DNA from: Octopus vulgaris
Taxonomy: Eukaryota
Assembly: GCA_951406725.2 (NCBI GenBank)
Contig: OX597820.1
Location: forward strand, 31,496,001 to 31,560,000
DNA: 64,000 bases
Reading direction: 5' to 3'
This document shows, one piece after another, positions 53,203 through 64,000 of the stretch. A program made the translations under genes and the position numbers. How positions within the stretch are numbered: the first letter of the stretch is position 1; each line of letters opens with the position of its first letter. A model generated the notes under the pieces. It saw only the letters and a program-made list of their open reading frames with translations. It was not told the DNA's origin and ran no database searches.

Positions 53203-53600
53203 CTAGCAGTATCGCCCGGCGTTGCTCGGGTTTGTAAGGGAAATAATTATAAAGCATTTTTAGAGAGTTATAGCCAAAAAATAGCAAAAAAATGCATTAA
53301 AAATGGAAAATATATGATAGTAATTTTTTTTTTAAATCGTTGACTCATCGTAGACATTTTTAGAGAGTTACTTCCCTTATATTTAAAATATATGCATTAA
53401 AATGGAAAAAAATGATGGTAAATTATTTTAAAAATTGTAGACTCATCGTAGACGCGCGCTAATACCCAGACGGGCTCGATATGAATCACACACGACTATA
53501 AGATACCCGGTTTTGGTTAAACTGCACTGCAAAATGTGGGAGTAGTTAGGAATCTAAATCGGAGTAGACAGATACACAACCTTAATTTTATATATAAAGA
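53203..53600 (-). mobile_element. Non-autonomous Helitron
   Basis: On -: A|TCtttatatataaaa ... cccgagcaacgccggg hairpin ... CTAG|T. Confidence 0.8.
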
Positions 53601-55372
53601 TATATATCATCATTGTCTTCATCGTCATTTTAACATCCACTTTTCCATGCTTGCATGGGTCAGATGGAATTCAAATAAGGCTGATCTGGATGCCCTTCTT
53701 GTTGCTAACCCTCGCCTGTTCTCAAGCAAGGTAATATTTCCCCATGGTCAAACATGTTTTCATGGCAGATTGGGGTGGGGTGGGGGAAACAAAAACACTC
53801 ATTTACAACTATCATGTGATGTTAAGGGATGCAAACATGCATACACACACTCTCTCTCTCTCTCTCTCTCACACACATATATACATGATGGGCTTCTTTC
53901 AGTTTCCTTTTATCAAATCCACTCACAGGGTTTTGGTTGTACCCCATGTTATAGAAGATGCTGCTCAAGGTGTCATACAATAGGACTGAACCCAGAACCA
54001 TGTGGTTGGGAAGCAAATTTCTTAGCCACACAAACCATGTCTGTGCTTTGGTCTATCATTATAAAATAAATAAGGTGATGTATTTTGTATCACTCTAATT
54101 ACACTGCAGTAATTGGAGTTCTTCACTAATTGAGAAATCCATAACCTTATGTTTGTGTAAATTATACATCAAAGCATAACAGTGGTGCTGGTGGTTGTGG
54201 TGGTGGTGGCGGCAGTTAAGATTAATTTCCTTACTGTAGCATTTATATATAATGTAACAAATTCGATCTGTTACCTGTGGAACATTAGGGTCTGGAAATA
54301 TCAAATTTTTAGCCCTTTCTTCCAAAGAAAAAAGGAGCTGTGTTGTATGTGAATGGCTTTTATTTGGGTTACATACAATGTCCATTCTGTCCTACCTGAT
54401 GTTCCAACTTCAATCTCACATGTCTAGGAAGGCCTGCAATGATTAACGATACTGCCCCTCCTTTTTTGGCTCTGGGTATCTTACAAAGAGAAAGGGATTA
54501 AGACAGTCTGGGTTCTTACCTTTACATACAATATAATAATAAAAATAGATGCGCCCTTTTAAAGCTTAGCCAAGCTCATGGGCCTGGTTTCCCAGTTTCT
54601 ATGGCGTATGTGTTCCCCAGCTGGACGAGATGCCAGTCCATCGCAGTGTTACTCATTTTTGCCAGCTGAGTGGACTGGAGCAATGTGAAATGAAATGTTT
54701 TGCTCAAGAACTCAATGCGTCGCCCAGTCCAGGAATCAAAACTACAATCTTACCTAAACCATTTATTTATCCTACTCTCTATTCACAATATAGAAGTTTT
54801 GTTCCCATCCAAAAATACATAGTGATAATTAGTCTTCTTTATCTATATTAGGGATTTTCACCAGATGTAGCTTGACAAGCTGTGAAAATAATAAAATTAA
54901 CAATTTTGAAATACAAAAATTAGCCTCATAACATTTGGTATAAAAACATCTTTCCCCCTTCTCTACAACACTCCCTCAATGAGACAAGGGGGCTTTTTTT
55001 TGTTTGTTACTTGGTGACCTTACTAGTGTCAGTGCTACAAAAATGGAAAGCACTTAGTACATACAATAAACTAGTTGGCTTTAAGTGGAGCATCCAGTCA
55101 TGAAAACCATGTCAGAAAAGATATTGCAGATTGACACAGTCCTTCTGCTCAGATCCTGTCAAATCATCCAACTCATTCCAGCATGGAAAATGGAAGTTAA
55201 ATAATGGTGATGATAATATCAAACTGAAATTCTCTATTTCATTTTGTTCAGTGTTTCTCAACTGGGGCCCTTCTAAATTTTGTAGTTAAAATCTATGTGC
55301 AATGAATTGGTTCTACTTCTACTATACACAAAACGTTTTAATATTTTTAAAATTCAGTTCTTATCATCATCA

Positions 55373-56716
55373 TCATCATTATCATCATTTAGCATCCGCT
55401 ATCCATGCTAGCATGGGTTGGACGGTTCGACCGGGGTCTGGGAAGCCAGGAGGCTGCACCAGGCTCCAGTCTGATCTGGCAGTGTTTCTACAGCTGTATG
55501 CCCTTCCTAATGTCAACCACTCCGTGAGTGTAGTGGGTGCTTTTTACATGCCACCGGCACAGAGGCCAGAGCAGGCTGGCAAACGGCCATGATTGGTTGG
55601 TGCTTTTATGTGTCACTGAAACGGATGCCAATCAGGTGGCACTGGCATCTGCCACGTTCGGACGGTGCTTTTTAATATTTAATTCATCATCATTTAGCAT
55701 CTGCTTCCTCTGCTGGCATGGGTTAGATGGTTTAACTGAAACTGATAAGCTAGAGAGCTGCTCCAGGTTCCAGTCTGATTTGGGATGGTTTCTATGACTG
55801 GATGCCCTACCTAACACTAACCATTCCAAGAGTGTGATGGGTGCTTTTTATATGCCACCGGCACAAGTGTCAGTTACATGACACCAGTATCTGCCACAAC
55901 TATGATTTCACTTGGCTTGATGGGTCTTCTCAAGCATGGCATATCGCCAACAGTCTCAGTCATTTGTCATTGTCCCCATGAAGCCCAATATCCAAAGATC
56001 ATGCTTCACCACCTCATCCCATGTCTTCCTGGGTTTGCCTCTTCCACAGATAATATGATTTTTTAAACATTGAAATGCCTATGAGTGTCCATCTGAGTAA
56101 AACAGGAATCAGAAGGGTCCATTGGCAAAAAATGGTTGAGAACCATTGATTTGGTGAATAGAAAATCACCATCATTATCATTTTTATGCCTACTTTTGTT
56201 TTTCCATGCTGGCATAAGTCAGGTGAAACCTTTTGAAGTAGTATTCTGTGGCTGGATGCTCTTCCTGTTTCCAACCTTTTACATGTTTTTCAGATAATGT
56301 ATTTCTTCCACTGGTCTCCACTCACATAGCTCATTCCGGTGTCACATTACTGGCACATAAGAAGCATCCATTTACACTCTTGGAGTGGCTGCTTGATCTT
56401 TGAACACTGGGTCTCATGGAGGCGATGACAAGTGACCGAGACCTTTGGCGATATGTTGTGCTTGAGAAGATTTATCAAACCAAGTGAAATTGTAGTCGTG
56501 GTTGATGCTGGTGTCACATAACTGGCACATTTGCCAGTGGCACGTAAAAACATCCATTACGCTCTTGGAGTGATTGATGTTAGGAAGGGCATCTGGCCTT
56601 AGAAACCATGCTAAACCAGAGTGGAACTTGGTGCAAGCTCTCCAGCTTACCAATTCCAGTCAAACCATCTAACTCATGCCAGCATGGAAAGTGGACGTTA
56701 AATGATAATGATGATG
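55373..56716. mobile_element. RTE-tail repeats: - copies at 55373-56045, + copy at 56340-56716, with an hAT MITE fragment between
   Basis: Conserved tail core; both sides extend into the RTE ORF end (cctcatcccatgtcttcctggg; atggaggcgatgacaagtgaccgagacctttggcg). Confidence 0.75.
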
Positions 56717-57329
56717 TGTGATGTTAAGACAAGGGTACAAATACATATGTGCACACCCATACAGGTATACCTGTAGGGCTGGTCTGGCCAGCTTGAACAT
56801 AAATTATATAGAATATTTGGGCCATATACAGCTGGTTTGAATGCTAAAGGATTAAGTTTTTTGTAAACTATATTCTCTGTAGCTTAGAGGTTTCATCTCC
56901 TTTTGAATTATGTCTGACTTTTCACTTTTTTTTTTATTTCAAGAATTTGATAGAGAAAATGCACCTCAGTGTCAGTTGATTTATCTTACTTTATGTTGGT
57001 CTCAGTGAACATATCTAAAAGCCTAAAATATTTTTTTTAAAAAGCACTTAAAAAATCAATACTGACGTGCGAAATCAAATAAACTACTTGTGAAAATTTG
57101 TTCAAACCATTTATTAAAACAGAAACAAGCTAATAAATTATTAAAATGTTTTTCCTGTTTCATCATTTTTGGAGTTAAGTCACACATCTTGGAACTGATT
57201 ACAAATGTAAGTTGAAATATGCCTGCATATATAATAATACTCAATTAGGTACTTAATTATATTCTAACAGTTTGAATTATATTTATAGGATGAATATATA
57301 CAAATTCTAGTTTTTCACTACATAAGTAC

Positions 57330-57660
57330 ATTCGACCTCGGACCTCTTCCTCCTCCTCCTCCTGCTATACTTGGCATGATAAAGTAGTGCAGCATCAGCA
57401 GTGGTAGCAGTTGCAGTGTAAAGTAATTGGTGAAGTAACTTTAAATAATAATAACAACAACAACAACATTACCGATACTGGGTAACGCTGCTGATTGGTT
57501 CGATAGAGGAAGTCAAAGAGGAAATGAATACTTTGATGTTACCGATTGGATCGAACGGTGGAATTAAACTGTCCGTTGTTTAATATTGATATCTGCTTTA
57601 GGCACGTGGCCACACCTTCCGGGGGAAGAAGAGTAGTTTATTGTATCCGTTGGTATGATA
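57330..57660. promoter_or_regulatory. Promoter-like CpG-retaining patch within EXOSC9 intron 1
   Basis: ATTGG (reverse CCAAT) at 57426, 57494 and 57545; cacgtg at 57603; cttccgg at 57616; CpG-poor flanks. Confidence 0.5.
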
Positions 57661-57664
57661 AAAG

Positions 57665-59750
57665 CAGGCATGTGTGACTGCGTGGTTAAGAAATTTTCTT
57701 CCCAACCATATGGTTTCAGGCTTTGTCCCATTCTGCAACACCTTGGACAAGTGTCCTGTCCTCTTTTCTACTCTAAGGCCCGAAATTTTTGTCTGCTGCT
57801 ACATTCTGAGTTCAAATTCCGCCAAGGTTGACTTTGCCTTTCATCCTTTTGGGGTCAATTAAATAAGTACCAGTTACGCACTGGGATTGATTTAATTGAC
57901 TTAATCCGTTTGTCTGTCCTTGTTTGTCCCCTCTGTGTTTAGCCCCTTGTGGGTATTAAAGAAATAGGTATTTTGTCCGCTGTTACGTTCTGAGTTCAAA
58001 TTCTGCTGAGGTCGACTTTGCCTTTCATCCTTTCGGGGTCGATAAATTAAGTACCAGTTATGCACTGGGGTCGATGTAATTGACTTAATCCTTTTGTCTG
58101 TCCTTGTTTGTCCCCTCTATGTTTAGCCCCTTGTGGGTAATAAAGAAATAAGAAACTGAAAGAAGCCTGTCACACACACATATATGACCACATGACAAAC
58201 CTGATTATCAGGTATTGTTACACATCACTGGCCATAGTGCGGTTTGCATCATTTTAGCCTTTGAGAAGCGCCACCTTGGTGGCTAGGCAAGCAGGCCAAC
58301 ATTTCCCCCTTATTGAAAGATGGATTGGGACAATATGAAGTGAAGTGTTTTGCTCAAGAGCACAATGCACCACTCAGTCTGAGAATTGAACCCATGATCT
58401 AGCAATCATGAATGCAACACTCTAACCACTACACCACATGCCTTCACATATATATGTGTGTGTTTACCATCTTGTCTTGACTTTGCATGATAGTTGTAAA
58501 CAAGTGTCATTATGAGATTGTGCCCTTCATTTCCAGTCTTCCATAAACACATGTCTGGTCTTGAGGGGGAATATTTCATTGCTGGGAAATGAGTGGGATG
58601 GCGACAGGAAGAGCATCTGGTCATAGAAAATCTGCCTCAATGAATTCTGTCTAATCCATGCAAGTATAGGAAAGTGAACTTGTGGTGGTGCTTATTTCAT
58701 CAACTTTGAAAGGATGAAAAGTAAAGTTGGCTTTGAACAGGATTCGAACTCAGAACATAAAGGGACATAACCCAATGCAGGAAGTCATTGTGATTGATGT
58801 GGCTTTGATTCTATCATTTTATTATTACTCTCAATGATAATAATTGTTTCTAACATAGGGGCAAGGTCTGAAATTTGGAGTAGAGAGTTAGTTGATTAAA
58901 TTGATTATTCTTTTTGTACTACATCTTATCAACCTTCACTCCCATAGAAATGAAAGGTAGTGTTGGCCTCAGCAAGATTTGAACTCAGATAATCATGTAC
59001 TGGTACAAATACTGTGAGGTATTTTGTGTGGCACTCTAATGATTGTGTGTCCATCCACTGCCCTAGGATGAAAGGCAAAGTCAGCCCTGGCAGCATATGA
59101 ACTCAGAACTTGAAGACGGATGAAACCACAAAGGGTTTACATAAAAGAAAAAAAGAAAAACGTTATGGACAGTACAGGACAAATACAACATGGGGTTACA
59201 TGAAAGTCATGTAAACAATGGAAAAAAACAATTGAATGTAACAACAAAATAATAATAATAATTCTTTCTATTGGTACAAGGCCTGAAATTTCGTGGGGTG
59301 GGTGTAAGAGAAGCTAGTTAATTACATGAACCCTAGTACATAAGTGGTACTTATTTTGATGACTGCTAAAAGGATAAAGTGGAGGCGCGTGGCTTAGTGG
59401 TTAGGGTGTTAGCATCATGATCGTAAGATTGTGGTTTTGATTTCTGGACCAGGCGATGCATTGTGTTCTTGAGCAAAACACTTCATTTCATGTTGCTCCA
59501 GTCTACTCAGCTAGCAAAAATGAGTAACTCTGCGATGGACTGGCGTCCCGTCCAGCTGGGGAACACATACGCTATAGAAACCAGGAAACTGGGCTCAGGA
59601 GCCTGGCTAGGCTTTAAAAGGGCACATTTATTTATTTTTTTTTTTTTAAAGATGAAAGACAAAGTTTAACCACAGCGAAGTTTGAACTCAGAACATAAAG
59701 CTGGAAGAATTGCCATTAAGCATTTTGTCCTAGGTGCTAATGATCTACTA
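57665..59750. mobile_element. Dense SINE cluster (three families), including a full-length copy at 59381-59625 (+)
   Basis: ggaggcgcgtggcttagtggttagggtg head and gcgatggactggcgtcccgtccag domain; multiple second-family fragments. Confidence 0.75.
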
Positions 59751-60464
59751 TAATGATACTCTTGTGTTTTTCTCTGGCACAACATATGAATGAGAAAGGA
59801 AGGGGTGATAGATGAATAAGGAAGGAAGGGGTGATGGCAAACTGGTAGTGGGAGTGTTTAAACTCTGTGTGAGTATATGTGTGTATGTAAAAGGGAGGTA
59901 TGTGAATGTTTGTGTGCAATGGAAGTGGGATGGTGAACATTCAATGATGAAAAGAAAAATCAAACAGCATTTCAACTCTGTGTGAGTATATGTGTGTATG
60001 TGTACAAGGGAAGTATGTGAATGTTTGTATGTGTAAACCAGTGCTCTTTCAGTAACAAACAATGATTGATGTCTCATCTCAAACGACAATGACTAGATAA
60101 CCTTGACAAGTGTATTAATTTGATTTACCATCCATATTTATTTATAAGATAGTACAATTAGCCATCATTTTCGATGGCATGGGGCCAGCTAGTTATAAAT
60201 TAATTATGAAAATAGATATCACTATCATTTTAATGTCAAGTTTTCCATATCTGCATGAATCAGAGGAAATTCATTGAGGTAGATTTTCCATGGATGGATG
60301 CCCATCCTGTTACTTACATTCACCTGTTTTCAAGCAAAGTAGATTTTTTCCTGGCCCTTCAAACTCAAAATGCACAATGGCTGGATGTATTTTCATGGAT
60401 GCTTGCTATTGAAAGACATTGTTTAATAGATAGTGATATTTTTTTACAATTAATGTAGACTATC

Positions 60465-61070
60465 CCTAAAACCCTAGGGTTCTGCAAAAGGTTCCTAGGG
60501 GTTCCATGAGACAGAGTGAGATAAGCTAATGCTAATTTCATGATCATAATATTACTATACATGTACAACATATTATTGGTTACTGTAATATTGTAATATA
60601 GACATCATCCTATCTAACCTATTATGTTATCAAAAAAACAATTATTATATATATATATATATAAAATATATAGGGTAGAGAATATTTTTTTAGAAATTTC
60701 ACTATCTGTGGCCTAGCATGTATAAAAAGTCAAGAGACAATATATTCTCAATATAAAATACTGTACATTTAAACACAAGATAAACTACTTTTAACAGGTA
60801 ATTTTACATGCTATGAAATTGCTCTTAAATGTGGTTTTGGTTGTTTTGACTGCTTCTTCTAGCATGTAAAATTACCTGTTAAAGGTAGTTTCTCTTGTGT
60901 TTAAATGTACACTATTATATATATATGTGTGTGTATGATATTTACCATGTGAACTATGATGCAAAAAAGATGGAAGATATGGTATATAATTTTTTTGGTG
61001 CAGGGGTTCCTTGAGACATGTAATTTAATTTAAGGGTTACGCAAAGGTAAAAAGGTTGAGAAACGTTGAT
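60465..61070. mobile_element. Degraded hAT/Charlie-like MITE containing a near-perfect hairpin
   Basis: ccctagggttctgc...ggggttcc... and end aaaggttgagaaacgttg. Confidence 0.5.
60762..60911. repeat. Inverted repeat: 52-bp arms, 2 mismatches, 46-nt loop
   Basis: tgtacatttaaacacaagataaactacttttaacaggtaattttacatgcta / tagcatgtaaaattacctgttaaaggtagtttctcttgtgtttaaatgtaca. Confidence 0.95.
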
Positions 61071-63351
61071 CTAGACAATGAAACAAAATGCACACCTTGA
61101 AAAATATACATACATACATAGTTGGTGGTGTCCTGTAAAAAGCACCTGTGTTGCTAGTGCCTCAAAGTACCCAGTGACTCTATAAAGTGGTTGGCATTAG
61201 GAAGGGCATCCAGCCGTAGCACCCCTGCCAAAACAGACAGTTGGAGTTTAGTGCAACTCACTGGCTGGTCAACTCCCGTCAAACTGTCCAACCTATGTCA
61301 GCATGAAAAGCAGATGTTAAATGATGATGATGATGTTTGTTTTCATTTCAAGTTATATATAAAGCAATTTAGCATTAAACTGACAGATTACTCAATACTT
61401 TTTATTAGAGCACATATTTATTAAATTTTACAAGGAAAAGTTATAAATATACATACATACATATATACCCATGTCAGTATAGAAAATGGATGTTAAATGA
61501 TGATGATGGACACACACACACACTGATGCTAACATGAAAGATAGATGTTAAATGATGATGATACAGATATATATGTATACTTATTTATACACATACACAT
61601 TCATATATATATGTGTGTGTGAATTTAATGTTTATTTAATTTAGTGATTTTTTGAATAATATTTATTATAGTATATTTAAATTTTCTATATGATATAGAT
61701 AAAGTCTTTTACTATTGAATTACTTGATAGAGGTTATTTCACTTAATTATATATATATATATATATATATACTTAGTGGTATCTGTCTATCCATATCTAT
61801 CTATCCATCATCACCATCATCTTTCAACCCTTTCGTTACCATATTTCTGTTGAGATTCTCTGTGTTTCTTTCAGTTAATTTTAAATATAACAACAAACTT
61901 AGTAAAATAACTTAGTTATCATTAAGCTAGTGTTAGGAACATAAATTGTGACTAAGGTTTGGTGGAAGATTTTAATTCAGAGGCAGTTTCAGCCAGGTTG
62001 GTATTGAAAGGGTTAATGTCTGTTTTCCATGCTGACATGGATTGGACATATTGTCATCATAATCATCATCATCATTTAATGTACATTTTCCATTCTGGCA
62101 TGGGTTGGATGGTTCGACAGCAGTTGGTAAGGCCAGGTGTAGCACCAGGCTCCACACATACACAATGAGCTTCTTTTAGTTTCCACCTACCAAATCTATT
62201 CCTAAGGCATTAGTTGGTTTAGGGCTATAGAAAAAAACCACTTGCCTAAAGTGCCATGCAGTGGGACTGAACCACAAGCCTGATAGCTACAAAGCCAGCT
62301 TGGTAACCACTCTGCCATGTCTGTTCTTATTGAACCCAACATCACATGTCAATCTATATTTAAAAAACTGTATATGTAGGGCATTACTCTGCAGGATCGG
62401 TAGAGCGTCAAGGCAAAATACCTTGTGATGTTATTTATTTCCAGTACTTTATGAGTTCAAATGTCGTCCAGATTAACTTGATTACTTTCCCCAGATCTTT
62501 CCAAACTCAATTTGATAAAAATTAAGTATTGCCAGTTTACAACAAGTGGGCTCGATATAAATTGACTGTTTTCTCTTGAAATTGGTGCTCCAGCTTGGCC
62601 ACAGTCCAGTGACTGAAACCAAGAAATATGTGAGTAGTAGTAGTAGTAGGCATGTAATGTTGTGTGTTTATTTCCAATTGGAAACAGAATGGTTTTGTTT
62701 TCCTACATTTGCCCATTATTTTGTTTTCCAATAATTATATTTGTATATTTCTCAAACGATTTTTTTTCTTACTGCTACAGAGTAATTGTATCTGTGCCTG
62801 TGTGTATACATATACATACATGCATGCACACACACACACACACACATCTATATATATGTGTGTGTGTGAATACTTGTCATAATCATCCTAATTTTTCATT
62901 TGTTTTTCCATGCTGGCATGACCTGGGCAAATCACCAAGAGCTGACTCAGCACACACACACACACACATGTATATATGGAGGGGGTGTATACTCTATGTA
63001 TATGCATGCATATGTATACATATATGTGTCTATAAATACACACACGCACACATATACTCTTTTACTCTTTTACTTGTTTCAGTCATTTGACTGTGGCCAT
63101 GTTGGAGCACTGCCTTTTAGTCGAGCAAATCGACCCCAGGACTTATTCTTTGTAAGCCTGGTGCATGAGTGAAAAGAGCTTGGTGACAGGTTTATTGTTG
63201 TCATGAAGTATCCAATTCTTCATGCTCCACAGATCCTGGTAAATTTTCTTATATCTGTGTTAATATAAATATTCCAGCATATTTTTGCATGTATGCTTTA
63301 TTATACTACTATAATGTTCTTTGTATGTATTGAGCACTCTATACTCTATAC

Positions 63352-63537
63352 CAGTGCTCTGCAACCTTTTTTCACTTGCTGTACACTTATATTTTTTTCA
63401 AAATCTTGTGGTACACCTGAACTCAAAACATAACCAAAAGTATAGGGCAAAAAGTTATATTCAGTTTACACTTCAGCACACCTAGCATTGTCTCATAGCA
63501 CACCAGTGTAACGTGGCATACTGGTTGCAGAGCACTA
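63352..63537. mobile_element. hAT MITE
   Basis: cagtgctctgcaacc / ggttgcagagcacta; degenerate 8-bp TSD ctctatac / ccctataa. Confidence 0.7.
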
Positions 63538-63684
63538 CCCTATAATGTAAAACTATCCTTGTCATTGTCATTATTGCTATGCTTTCATGAAGCAGATTTT
63601 CTATAGCCAAATGCTCTTCCTGTCACCAACCCACACTTCTTTCCAAGTAAGGTAATATTTCCCCTTGGTTAGCCACTAAAGCTG

Positions 63685-63835
63685 TTTTTATTCTCTCTCT
63701 GTTTAATTTCTTGTGTTCCTTTCTGTTGAAGAGCGTAGGCTCGAAACGTAAAAGATTTTCTCACCTTTCCGAGCGTTAAACTAATACACCTGCTTATTGT
63801 TTATACACCTGTCTTTTGTCTTTTTGTAAATTCCA
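63685..63835 (+). mobile_element. Penelope-like terminal fragment
   Basis: gaagagcgtaggctcgaaacgt motif; inverted copy at ~27000-27165. Confidence 0.55.
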
Positions 63836-64000
63836 ATTAGACATATTTACACAGATTGCAAGTGAAGGACACTGCTTGGAATGATGATGACATTTGCTTA
63901 CAATTATCATGATCTCTGGACACAAAGACACACAAAAACTGAAACTCAGTTGATCTGATTAATGGAATAACCTGCTCATTACATTAATGTGTAAGTGGCT

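Noticed and set aside
54095-54385. 96-aa minus-strand ORF (MDIVCNPNK...) as a nested gene exon
   Set aside because: Unique sequence with possible splice sites, but no recognisable homology or partner exons; unsupported

Overview
AT-rich, repeat-dense eukaryotic genomic DNA. The SINE/LINE families and the microsatellite load fit an octopus (cephalopod) genome; this is inferred from pattern recognition, not a database search. Nearly all ORFs in the supplied track are microsatellite or transposon read-throughs. Two host genes are visible, arranged head to head. (1) The first coding exon of EXOSC9/RRP45 is on + at 47747-47812 (MRESHFSTCERNFILQSISKKL, phase-0 GT donor), with a CpG-rich promoter. 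I could not find exon 2, so intron 1 appears to exceed 16 kb. (2) An unidentified gene lies on -, with a probable non-coding exon ending at a strong donor at 33305 and an exon at 17322-16568 holding the start codon (MTIAEFSETKLT..., phase-2 donor). The rest is nested transposon debris: Penelope, CR1, RTE, R4/Dong, L1/Tx1, I/Jockey-like, Tc1/mariner, hAT, Helitron, MITEs, a foldback element and several SINE families. The most unusual structures are a ~23-monomer, hairpin-rich higher-order array in an RTE 3' UTR (43.4-45.0 kb), a promoter-like CpG patch inside EXOSC9 intron 1 (57.3-57.7 kb), inverted repeat pairs that could be ADAR substrates, and a CpG-retention mosaic that follows gene structure. 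I cannot support any CRISPR array, rRNA, genuine tRNA gene or intact transposase.
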